Assembly (NCBI GenBank): GCA_017464305.1
Contig: JAFUDS010000001.1
Coordinates: forward strand, 153,812 to 217,811
DNA from: Clostridia bacterium
GTDB lineage: Bacteria > Bacillota > Clostridia > Christensenellales > Aristaeellaceae
Length of the DNA: 64,000 bases
Direction of reading: 5' to 3'
Part shown: positions 1 to 8,599 of the stretch, piece by piece
Layout of the letters: every line of letters begins with the position of its first letter
Position numbering within the stretch: position 1 is the first letter of the stretch
Notes under the pieces: model-generated
The model's database searches: none
Told to the model about the DNA's origin: nothing
Seen by the model: the letters and a program-made list of their open reading frames with translations, nothing else
Translations under genes and position numbers: made by a program

Positions 1-1444
1 GATTCTCCACGGTATCGAGCACCTTGGTGGGATTGACATAGGTACCGTCAATGTCGATCTTCCATTCCTTTGCGGATGGATGATAGCCGTAGGGAGCGCT
101 GAGCTCTCGGATGGTATAGCCGCCGTAGGGAATCTTGGTGAAGAGCACAGAGCCGTCCGCGTCAGATGTGGCCTCCTGAATCTGGGTGTTCTTGGCATCG
201 AACAGGCCGAAGACTGCGCCGGGCAGAGGCTCGCCGTTATCCTTGGTCTTTTTCAGCTCCACCCGATTCAGCTCATCCCGGATCTCGGTATCGCCGGTGA
301 CCTTGCCATCGGCAGTCACCGTAAAGGTCTTGATGGCTACATTCAGCGCATAGCCGGAGGGCGCATAGGTTTCCTTGAAGGTATAGGTGCCGGGCACAAC
401 GGGGATATTAGGGATTTCACCCTTGCTGTTGGTGTATTCGCGGTAAATGGTATTGCCTTCCGCGTCATACACCTCGATGAGCGCACCAGGCAGCTTTTCC
501 GCACCGGTAATATCCGTCTTGGTGAGGGTGACCGGGGTATAGATCAGGTGATTCAGAATGGGATCTTCCATATACACGGTGATCACATTCTCGCTGGCGG
601 CCTTATTGGCGCTGGTCAGCTTTACAGGATATTTTTCTGCGCTCAGCAGCCAGCCCTCGGGCACGGCGATTTCCTTCACATAGTAATCCCCATGCGGGAA
701 CATGCCGGAGAAGGTCAGGTTGCCCTTGCTATCTGTGGTGCCGGTGGCCATCAGGGTATTGGCGGGCAGCTTCTGATCGTTGCCGTAGGTGATGACGGCG
801 CTATTGTACAGGCCGAACACAAAGCCCTGGCCGGGAATCACCTCAATGCTCTGATGGATCATCCCCTCCTCGGTTTCAGTCAGCTTGATGTTCTCCTTTT
901 CCTTGCGCAGCGTCACGCGGATGGGCAGATAGGTGTTGGAGGCAGAGACCTTGACCTCAACGACCGCAGTCTTTTTATCCACGGCAGAGAGGGTCACGTC
1001 ATAGGGCGCACTATCAAACACATAGCCGTCCGGGGCAGAGACCTCCTTCAGGTAGTACTTGCCCAGGGGCAGCACCTTCGACTTGACCGCACCTGTAGCG
1101 CTGGTGGTCAGCGTTTCCACCAGCTCGTCCTTCTTGTAAAAGGTGCTGCCTTCCTTGCCGACAATATCCTCGGCGGCATGCAGCTCAAAGACCGCGCCCG
1201 CCAGGAAGCCGTTCTGGAAAACAGGCTTCATGATGGTATTGCCGTAGGAGTCCTTTTCATCTGCAAAGCGCACCAGCTGCATACCGCTCTTTTCCAGCAG
1301 AACATCACCACGCACAGGGGTGTTGGTCACATTCAGGGTGACGGTCGCAGGCTCATCGGCCGCATACGCATAGGGAAGCTGAATACAGGTCAGCAGCATC
1401 ATCACTGCCAGCATCAGGTGAAAAAAGCGTTTCATATTGAACAT
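1..1444 (-). CDS. Secreted SpaA/CnaB-domain pilin-like surface protein (3' end runs off window)
   Basis: Not in ORF track. ATG at 1444 with GGAGG RBS; reads MFNMKRFFHLMLAVMMLLTCIQLPYAYAA (signal peptide) followed by E-box-like motifs YYLKEVSAPDGY and YYVKEIAVPEG. Confidence 0.85.
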   Translation of the reverse strand, partial: MFNMKRFFHLMLAVMMLLTCIQLPYAYAADEPATVTLNVTNTPVRGDVLLEKSGMQLVRFADEKDSYGNTIMKPVFQNGFLAGAVFELHAAEDIVGKEGSTFYKKDELVETLTTSATGAVKSKVLPLGKYYLKEVSAPDGYVFDSAPYDVTLSAVDKKTAVVEVKVSASNTYLPIRVTLRKEKENIKLTETEEGMIHQSIEVIPGQGFVFGLYNSAVITYGNDQKLPANTLMATGTTDSKGNLTFSGMFPHGDYYVKEIAVPEGWLLSAEKYPVKLTSANKAASENVITVYMEDPILNHLIYTPVTLTKTDITGAEKLPGALIEVYDAEGNTIYREYTNSKGEIPNIPVVPGTYTFKETYAPSGYALNVAIKTFTVTADGKVTGDTEIRDELNRVELKKTKDNGEPLPGAVFGLFDAKNTQIQEATSDADGSVLFTKIPYGGYTIRELSAPYGYHPSAKEWKIDIDGTYVNPTKVLDTVEN

Positions 1445-1460
1445 ATTTCCTATCCTCCAT

Positions 1461-4364
1461 TTACTTGATCCAGACAGTGGTGGTATACCCGGCGTCCAGA
1501 TAATCCTCCGGCACCCCCGTCTCGGCGACCTGGTACTCACCCCAGGGCAGAAGGCCGGTTTCAGCGATGCCCTGGGCGTTGGTGGTGATGGTGGCGACAA
1601 CCTTTCCGACATCGGAAGCATTATCCGATTCGGGGCCGGAGAGCCGGGTGATCGTAAACACGGCACCAGGCAGCGGCTTTTCCGTCATGCTATCCGTTTT
1701 GACAATCCGGATGCGGCCCGAAATCCGGGCATTGGTGAAGGTCGCCTTGGAAGTCACACCGGCAACCACAGCAATACTCTGGGAGGCAGACGCGAGCTTA
1801 TAGCCCTGCGAAGCCGTCTTTTCCCGCACGGTATAAGTGCCGGGCTGAAGGCTGGCAAAGGTGGCCACGCCGCTGGCATTGGTCGTCGCAGTAGCAATGA
1901 CGCTGCCCGCGCTGTTCAGGAGCTCGAACACAGTGCCCTTAAGCAGAATGCCGTCGTCAGATTGCTTGGTGACCGCAATCTCTCCTAGGCTCAGCTCAAA
2001 GGTGATGCTTCCATTCTTCAGCGGGGTGGGCGCGCCATACAGCGGCACCAACACCTTCTGGATGGATACGGAGGGCACACCGACGAGGAAATTGGCTTCC
2101 TCATCACTGGAGGAAAGAGACTGCATGGAAACAGAGAACTTGCTTTGGGTGGATGTGATCCGGATGGTGTCGCCGCTCTTGACGTAGTAGTAGCTGCTGT
2201 CCGATCCGCCGGTGTTGCCGGTAATCGTACCGGCAGACTTGGGAATGCGGATCAGATCGGCATCCGTGGTCAGCTTGACCGTGCCGATATAGCTGCTGCC
2301 GGAAACACTCAGGCTCTGGTTGGAGGCGGTGATGTTGCCGGTGATGCTGGCGCGGGCAATACCGTTGGAGGCCAGCCAGCGGGCGTATTCCAGATACACC
2401 GCAGGCGCGCCGCCGGAAAAGGAATAGAAGTTATCCATATCCCAGTAGCTGCGCACATACTGCGCACCCTCCAGCCGCTTGATGACTTCACGCATAGCGA
2501 ACTGACCCGCGACACGGCTCCATACCTCATTATTGGAATCGCTGCGGTTGAGGGCCATGAAGGGATAGGTATGACGCAGCACCCAACCCAGGGCATGCAT
2601 GGTGCTGGCCTTATACCGGACGCCACTGGTGCCGCCATAGCTGGAATTGGTCGCGAAGGTATCCATGTCTACCAGCACATAGGGGCCTTTGGCACTCTGG
2701 TTTTTTCCGGAGCCCTCACCGGGGCCGGAGAGATTGTGCTCCAGGCAAAATACGGTGAAGCCCTCCAGGTAGTGCGGGGTAGCATAGATGTTGCCGTGCG
2801 CGGCGGACTTGGCTACCTGCGGATAATCGCTGTCTTTGCCGGAGCTGCCGTACAGACCCGACTGCCAGGCATAGAAGCCGCCGACCGCGCCATTGATGTT
2901 CTTGAGCGTAAAACCATTCATGGGCGAGGCCTTGAGCATCTTCTTTCCGCTGCTGCGGTTCATGCGCAAGAACTCCACCGTATAGGCAAAGTCCGTCACC
3001 GTGCAGGAATCCTCGGCCGCATCTCCGGTTTCATCCGGCAGAATCCAGGCGGTCGCATAATCTGTCCACTTCATCGTGCCGTCCTTGAAATCATCTCCGT
3101 AGAGGAAGCGCACCTGATACCAGACGCTGCCATTCTCATCGAAATCGACGGACAGAATCTGAACGGTGGCATCCTTCACGAAGTTGCCCAGGTACTCGCC
3201 GCTGTAATAGGTGCCAGCCGCCTGAGCATCCATGGCGGCAAACACGCGGGTATTCGTGGTGACACTGACATAGGAACCGGCATTGGCATAGGCCGGCTCT
3301 TCGGGACTTTCCGAAGTCTCTTCCTGCATTGCCTCTGCTTCGGTTTCTCCCAGAAGTGTTTCCGGCGTTTCGATGACTTCTTCCGGATCGACAGCCGGTT
3401 CCGTATCGGTCACAGACCCTTCCTGAACAGATGCCAGCGAAGACTCATCTGCCATCTGCTCCTCGGAAGGTTCATCCGTGGGTTCCAGGACAGAAGCTGC
3501 ATCGTCTGTAGGCTCAACCACGGGCTGAGGCTCTGTTTCAGTGAAAGGATACGCACCATTCACCAGGAACAGGCGCATCTCCCCGATTGCTGTCATGCCC
3601 TGACCCGCAGGAAGGAAATTGATCTCACCGATATCCGCATCCAGGAGATACTTCTCATCCAGATCCTTTGCGGAAACATAGCCATTGACCACATTCCCGT
3701 CTGCGTCCAGGAACCAGACCCTGACCGTACCCTGCTGTGTGAACTGTGTTGCCAGGAGCAGGAAAACATCCTTGGTCGTGGAGAAGATGCGGGTATCTGC
3801 CTTCAGCGCAGGGCTGCTGAACACATCCGTCTGCCGTACCGTCGCAGCGTAGATATGACCGTAGGTATCAATCGCAGCCTGTAAGGGATGACGATTGTCC
3901 TGCACCGGCTCTACGGGTTCCTGCTCAGCTTCAGACGGGACTTCTGCGGCCGGTTCTGCTTCCGGATTCTCTTGAGCCGGTGTCTGCTCAGAAGCCGGCT
4001 GTTCATCCGGAGCCTCCGCATTCTGCGTTTCCTCGGCCTGCGAATCCGTTTCTCCCTGGGGCATCTGCGCTTCCTGTGTTATTTCAGGTGCGGATGCTTC
4101 TTCGGAAGGTGTCTGGTCGGTCACTTCCTCCGGATCGGAAGCGGCTTCTCCTGCACCTTCGTCTGAGGGAACAGAACGATCCGCTTCCATACCCGGAGCA
4201 GTCGCCGTTTCCGGCATCGCTTCAGCATCATCCGGAATCACTTCAACGCGAATGTCCTCTCCCGGAATCACTGCATCTTCCGCCATCGCGCTCATGGGCA
4301 TACAGGTCAGCACCATGAGCAGCGACAGGATAAGCGCAGTGAAACGCTTGAATCTCGCTTGCAT
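1461..4364 (-). CDS. Secreted adhesin: acidic linker, putative thioester-like domain, C-terminal SpaA/CnaB domains
   Basis: Signal peptide; VFCLEH motif with downstream GQFAM; YTVREKTASQGY and YQVAETGVPEDY E-box motifs. Confidence 0.8.
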   Translation of the reverse strand: MQARFKRFTALILSLLMVLTCMPMSAMAEDAVIPGEDIRVEVIPDDAEAMPETATAPGMEADRSVPSDEGAGEAASDPEEVTDQTPSEEASAPEITQEAQMPQGETDSQAEETQNAEAPDEQPASEQTPAQENPEAEPAAEVPSEAEQEPVEPVQDNRHPLQAAIDTYGHIYAATVRQTDVFSSPALKADTRIFSTTKDVFLLLATQFTQQGTVRVWFLDADGNVVNGYVSAKDLDEKYLLDADIGEINFLPAGQGMTAIGEMRLFLVNGAYPFTETEPQPVVEPTDDAASVLEPTDEPSEEQMADESSLASVQEGSVTDTEPAVDPEEVIETPETLLGETEAEAMQEETSESPEEPAYANAGSYVSVTTNTRVFAAMDAQAAGTYYSGEYLGNFVKDATVQILSVDFDENGSVWYQVRFLYGDDFKDGTMKWTDYATAWILPDETGDAAEDSCTVTDFAYTVEFLRMNRSSGKKMLKASPMNGFTLKNINGAVGGFYAWQSGLYGSSGKDSDYPQVAKSAAHGNIYATPHYLEGFTVFCLEHNLSGPGEGSGKNQSAKGPYVLVDMDTFATNSSYGGTSGVRYKASTMHALGWVLRHTYPFMALNRSDSNNEVWSRVAGQFAMREVIKRLEGAQYVRSYWDMDNFYSFSGGAPAVYLEYARWLASNGIARASITGNITASNQSLSVSGSSYIGTVKLTTDADLIRIPKSAGTITGNTGGSDSSYYYVKSGDTIRITSTQSKFSVSMQSLSSSDEEANFLVGVPSVSIQKVLVPLYGAPTPLKNGSITFELSLGEIAVTKQSDDGILLKGTVFELLNSAGSVIATATTNASGVATFASLQPGTYTVREKTASQGYKLASASQSIAVVAGVTSKATFTNARISGRIRIVKTDSMTEKPLPGAVFTITRLSGPESDNASDVGKVVATITTNAQGIAETGLLPWGEYQVAETGVPEDYLDAGYTTTVWIK

Positions 4365-4376
4365 TTACAAACCTCC

Positions 4377-5414
4377 TTATTCTTGCACAGCCATGACAAT
4401 GAACCGCCCGCTGGCTCCGCCATAGCTGCGATCACAGGTGATCAGGGTCAGAATGTTGTCCTCAGCCTTCACCTGAACACCAGTATCAACGAGGGATTTC
4501 TTGACAGCGCGATTGACGAAACGCTGGAAGCTTTCCTCACTGGAGAAGGAAGCCGTTGCCGCGTCCCAATCGCTGACCTTCATATTGAGTACCGCAAAAA
4601 TGCGGTACATGCGTTCTCCATACAGGCTGCTTACACGGATCTGGCTGTGCGCAGCGCAGTAGGCAGCATCCTTGTAGTCCACCAGGGTGCTGAACATCGC
4701 GTCGCTATGGCTGATATGATGGCCGTAGATTGCGATGTTCCTGCTGGGTGTCTGGTAATCCGAGCTTTTCAGGGAAAACAGGCATCCCAGCTTACTTGCC
4801 TTTCCGGTGAACAGGTGATGGAGGTAATAATCCGAGTTGTCCGAGCGGACAACGGGGTAATTGATCTTCGTGCCCGGAATGGACAGCCAGGCAACAAAGT
4901 CCTTGTTCTGCGCAAGACACGCGTTCAGATCAATGCCCGCCTGTGTCGGCGAAGCTGTCGGCGCAGAGGGCTTTCCCGTAGGCGCGGAAGTAACCGCAGC
5001 AGTTGGCTGTATCGGGATCTCATCTGTCGGCAGCTCGGATACTTCCGGTTCCGCAAGATCGTCTGTGATAGCCGGCTCATCTGACACTTCGGGGGAGACA
5101 GACAGCGCATCTGCTGCCGATGCTGTCTCCATGCTTTCGTTTTCCTGTACGTCTGTCCCAGCCAAATCCGGTAATGCGCTCGGCGTTTCCTCCTGCCTCT
5201 GCTCTGCTGGGTTTTCCGTCCTTTGGGGAATCGGCAGGATCGGCTCAGGGCTGATCTCCGGCGGCATATATTCCATGGCCAGATCCTCATACGCTTCTTC
5301 ATCCGCCTGATAGGAGGAAACCTGTGTTACCACAGGATAGAGGAAGAGGAGCAAGCCAAGCAGGAAAAGCAGCGCAGCCAGCTCGATATCCTGCCTTTTC
5401 GATTGCTTTTGCAC
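4377..5414 (-). CDS. srtB: Class B sortase
   Basis: N-terminal TM segment, WLSIPGTKINYPV, IYGHH and catalytic TLITC...R motifs. Confidence 0.9.
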   Translation of the reverse strand: MQKQSKRQDIELAALLFLLGLLLFLYPVVTQVSSYQADEEAYEDLAMEYMPPEISPEPILPIPQRTENPAEQRQEETPSALPDLAGTDVQENESMETASAADALSVSPEVSDEPAITDDLAEPEVSELPTDEIPIQPTAAVTSAPTGKPSAPTASPTQAGIDLNACLAQNKDFVAWLSIPGTKINYPVVRSDNSDYYLHHLFTGKASKLGCLFSLKSSDYQTPSRNIAIYGHHISHSDAMFSTLVDYKDAAYCAAHSQIRVSSLYGERMYRIFAVLNMKVSDWDAATASFSSEESFQRFVNRAVKKSLVDTGVQVKAEDNILTLITCDRSYGGASGRFIVMAVQE

Positions 5415-5458
5415 TTCATCACTCCATTCAAAAAGCGCACATCACAATCGACGTGCGC

Positions 5459-6391
5459 CTATCTCTCCTGAGACTGCTGGCGTTTCTTGAGCCAGGTGTC
5501 CAGAAGTCTGATGATGATATTCTCCATTTGTTTGGCCGTGTAAGACTTGGGAAAATACTTTTTCAGGGTATCATGGCTCAGTGTAACGGAATTGTAGAGC
5601 GGCTTCTTTTCCTCAGAAATGATCTTATGAACCGTTTCCTCGGTCAGCGTGCCCTCCTTGCTTTCCTGCTTGATTCGCTGGGCCTGAGACAGGGATGGTG
5701 TCTGCTGCGTTTCATCCAGCGCATGCTCCACCCATTCCTGCTCCTCCGGCTTCAGGAAGGAAAGCTCCACTGCCGGGGTGAACCCCAGCTCGCCTTTATC
5801 TACCTTATCCCGGAGCGCTTCGGACAGATCATTCAGACGGATGAAGCGTTGAACCTGCCGAGGACTTTCACCGGCATCTTCGGCTACAACCTCGCGTGCT
5901 TTCTTGGTTTCCAACTTGTGGCCAATTTGGCCACAAGTTAAATCGCGTCGTTCACCCCGATGCTTTATGGCATCCAGCTTCATCTGATACGCCTTGGCGC
6001 GTTCGCTGGGCAGGATGTTTTCGCGCTGCAAATTGCTGTCCACCATGATGATCGTAGCCTCATCATCATCCAGCTCCCGGACAATCGCGGGAATCTCTTC
6101 GACCTCAGCCAGCTCACAGGCCCTTTTCCGCCTGTGCCCGGACACGATCTCATAGCTTCCATCCTCCATGGGACGCACGATGATGGGCACCAGCACCCCA
6201 TATTCCCGGATGCTTTCCACGGTTTCCTTCATACGGTCATCATCCACAACTCGGAAGGGGTGATCCTTGAAGGGAACAAGATCGGAAAGAGAAAGCTGCT
6301 CGATATGCTGCTTGCCGCCCTGACGGGTTTCCTCCGTGGAGAAGATACTATCGAATGAAGCCAGATCGATGTTTTTGCCGCTGCTCTTCAA
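5459..6391 (-). CDS. parB: ParB/RepB/Spo0J family partition protein
   Basis: YEIVSGHRR ParB box, DSNLQRE, HTH region. Confidence 0.92.
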   Translation of the reverse strand: MKSSGKNIDLASFDSIFSTEETRQGGKQHIEQLSLSDLVPFKDHPFRVVDDDRMKETVESIREYGVLVPIIVRPMEDGSYEIVSGHRRKRACELAEVEEIPAIVRELDDDEATIIMVDSNLQRENILPSERAKAYQMKLDAIKHRGERRDLTCGQIGHKLETKKAREVVAEDAGESPRQVQRFIRLNDLSEALRDKVDKGELGFTPAVELSFLKPEEQEWVEHALDETQQTPSLSQAQRIKQESKEGTLTEETVHKIISEEKKPLYNSVTLSHDTLKKYFPKSYTAKQMENIIIRLLDTWLKKRQQSQER

Positions 6392-7169
6392 TCTGTAGCA
6401 CCTCCTTTGTCAGCGCGTGATATGCCTGAGCCACCTTACCCCCAGGATCGTGCGCAAAGATGCTGGTGCCCTCAGCGCTGATTTCCGCCGCCCTGACTGA
6501 CCGGGGAATTTCCGTGTCGAAGATCTTGATCTTCCCGCCGTAGGTTTCCCGAAGAAGCGCCGCAATCTCTCTGCTGTTGTTGGTTCTGCTGTCAACCATT
6601 GTCAGCAGCACGCCATCGATTTTCAGCCTGTGATTGATGTTCTGCTTTACTCGGGCAACTGTTCCCAGCAGCTGTTCTACACCTTTAATGGACAGGTACT
6701 GCGCCTGCACCGGGATGATGATCCGATCTGCTGCCGCCAGGGCATTGATCGTCAACATGCCCAGGGAAGGACTGCAATCCAGCAGGATATGGTCGTAACC
6801 CTTGCTATATTGCGCCAGTACCCGCTTGAGCGTGGTTTCCCGGCTCATGGCGTTCACCAGAGATACTTCCATGCCGGCCAGCGATATGTTCGCAGGCAGA
6901 AGATCCACGCCTTCCTCATGATGCAGAATGCCTCCGGGGTCAATCGGCCTGTCTGTCAGCACCGCCGTCATCTGATCCGCCAGCGTGTTGGACAGCGCAT
7001 CCGGCTGCGGGTGTCCCAGACTGATGGTCAGGGAACCCTGAGGGTCACAGTCCACCAGCAGAACGCTTTTCCCTTCATGCGCCAGATCGGCACCCAGGTT
7101 GACGCAGGTGGTGGTTTTGCCGGTACCGCCCTTCTGATTGACGATACCGATGATGCTTGCTCCGCCCAT
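6348..7169 (-). CDS. parA: ParA/Soj family ATPase
   Basis: NQKGGTGKTT deviant Walker A, DCDPQG; start moved to ATG at 7169 with AGGAGG RBS. Confidence 0.92.
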   Translation of the reverse strand: MGGASIIGIVNQKGGTGKTTTCVNLGADLAHEGKSVLLVDCDPQGSLTISLGHPQPDALSNTLADQMTAVLTDRPIDPGGILHHEEGVDLLPANISLAGMEVSLVNAMSRETTLKRVLAQYSKGYDHILLDCSPSLGMLTINALAAADRIIIPVQAQYLSIKGVEQLLGTVARVKQNINHRLKIDGVLLTMVDSRTNNSREIAALLRETYGGKIKIFDTEIPRSVRAAEISAEGTSIFAHDPGGKVAQAYHALTKEVLQIEEQRQKHRSGFIR

Positions 7170-7283
7170 GATCAAACCTCCTTTCGTTGGGTCTTGTATA
7201 TGGAGAATCCATCGCCGCGAAGGCAAAAGAAAAGCACCAGGCTGCTTTGCCTGATGCTCTCTCGTCCTTCTTTGACAGGATAC

Positions 7284-7337
7284 AGTATAGCAGGTATTGA
7301 TCTCGGCGTCTCGCGACTTTTGGCGACATCCGGCGAC
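7284..7337 (-). promoter_or_regulatory. Putative activator-dependent promoter of the parA-pilin operon
   Basis: Extended -10 TGcTATACT (7292-7284) and three GCGAC repeats on the + strand at 7313, 7323 and 7333. Confidence 0.5.
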
Positions 7338-7343
7338 AACCTT

Positions 7344-7805
7344 TCAGGGGGTAATCCGTGGCGGCGGCCACGGTTTGTCTCCATGTTCAATCAGATCATT
7401 CAGCATGAGCTGAAACGCATCCAGCGCCTCATTCAGGCGGCGCTCAATCGAGCGCATGGACAGGAACATGATATTCCCCAGCTCCTTCGTGGATTTCCCT
7501 TCGATAAAGCGTCCGGAGAGCACATCTGCGTATTCCGGCTTCATCTGATCAAGTATCGTCATGATTTCCTTCCGTCGTTTCATCAGCATATTTTTCAGCT
7601 GCGAAATCTCTTCCTCCAGATCCAGCACCATCGCCATTGCATCCTGCATGGCGCTGACATTCTTGGTGTGCGAAACCTGTTCCTTATCCATGGGCGCAGT
7701 GATATTGCTCATGGTATCCCGCAGGTGCTGCGCCTGACGAGCTTTGAGCTGAATCCTGATCTCCATCGCACGGATGGAATCCAGATAATCAAACGCTTTC
7801 ATCAT
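7344..7805 (-). CDS. ArpU/RinA-like (sigma region-4 type HTH) transcriptional activator
   Basis: MKAFDYLDSIR...coiled region...YADVLSGRFIEGKSTKELGNIMFLSMRSIERRLNEAL; GGAGG RBS. Confidence 0.7.
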   Translation of the reverse strand: MMKAFDYLDSIRAMEIRIQLKARQAQHLRDTMSNITAPMDKEQVSHTKNVSAMQDAMAMVLDLEEEISQLKNMLMKRRKEIMTILDQMKPEYADVLSGRFIEGKSTKELGNIMFLSMRSIERRLNEALDAFQLMLNDLIEHGDKPWPPPRITP

Positions 7806-8073
7806 TTCCAAACACCTCCATGTCAAGCATCTCCAGAATATCTGCACCGTTGTCCAGACCGCTGAGGGAACGATACCAGTCACCGAGGAAGAATCGGCTG
7901 ATGGATGTCATCTCCTGCCGGATATGCTTCTGCTCGATGCCGCTTCCGCTGTCAGCATTTTTCCTTGCCAAATCCCTGTAATCATTTGCAGCCTGCTTAA
8001 TCACGGCAATGGCAAGCTCCTGATAGGGATCGCGAGCCCGATGATTGGCTGCCTCCGCGTGAATCAGCTTCAT
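7789..8073 (-). CDS. Hypothetical protein (phage/ICE type)
   Basis: Overlaps both neighbours (translational coupling), RBS present; LAIAVIKQAANDY motif. Confidence 0.7.
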   Translation of the reverse strand: MKLIHAEAANHRARDPYQELAIAVIKQAANDYRDLARKNADSGSGIEQKHIRQEMTSISRFFLGDWYRSLSGLDNGADILEMLDMEVFGNDESV

Positions 8074-8399
8074 TCATGTCCTCCCATGCCAATCGTTTTT
8101 GTCGCCGCAGGCTTTGGCCAGGCCTGCTTCCAGGTCAGTGTGTTGTAATAGGCTTCGCGCTGCTGATTGCGTTTCTCACGATTTTGCTTTTCCTGCTCCT
8201 TTGTCAGGGGCGATGCGGCAGCAGGCACGGCAGCGGGTTTCTTTCGCGTCTGAGCAGCCAGTCTTCTCTGCTTCCGTCTTTCATAAGCTATATGGGAGAA
8301 CGCGCTGCCCGCCGTGGGATCGGCATAGCCTTCACTATTCCTGAACAAACTCAGCCACCTCCTTGGTTTTTTCCTTCGCTTTGAATTCCAGATATTCAT
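8070..8399 (-). CDS. Hypothetical basic protein (start uncertain)
   Basis: NSEGYADPTA motif resembles small Firmicutes phage/ICE proteins; lies in a coupled operon. Confidence 0.55.
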   Translation of the reverse strand: MNIWNSKRRKKPRRWLSLFRNSEGYADPTAGSAFSHIAYERRKQRRLAAQTRKKPAAVPAAASPLTKEQEKQNREKRNQQREAYYNTLTWKQAWPKPAATKTIGMGGHE

Positions 8400-8595
8400 A
8401 GATTGCTATCAGAAGGCCCCGCATCAGCGGATAGTCCTTCCATTTCACATCCAGCATACCCATAGCCTGAGCCGCATCCGTCCACCATGCCACGGCTTGC
8501 TCTTCCTGGTTCGCCGGCGGGAGACAGTGCTCCGAAAAGTACTGATAAGCTTCCTTGAAAATCTGCCATTCCTCCTGGGTTACGTTGCCGTGCAT
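8335..8595 (-). CDS. Hypothetical protein
   Basis: Starts 4 nt after the primase stop; RBS present. Confidence 0.7.
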   Translation of the reverse strand: MHGNVTQEEWQIFKEAYQYFSEHCLPPANQEEQAVAWWTDAAQAMGMLDVKWKDYPLMRGLLIAIYEYLEFKAKEKTKEVAEFVQE

Positions 8596-8599
8596 GTGC

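Noticed and set aside
80-3884. Long + strand ORFs (80-1468, 2145-3884) and similar ones elsewhere (6630-7865, 8555-9868, 30097-31302, 59161-61419, 61970-63817)
   Set aside because: Antisense shadows of well-supported genes in GC-rich DNA; no recognisable motifs
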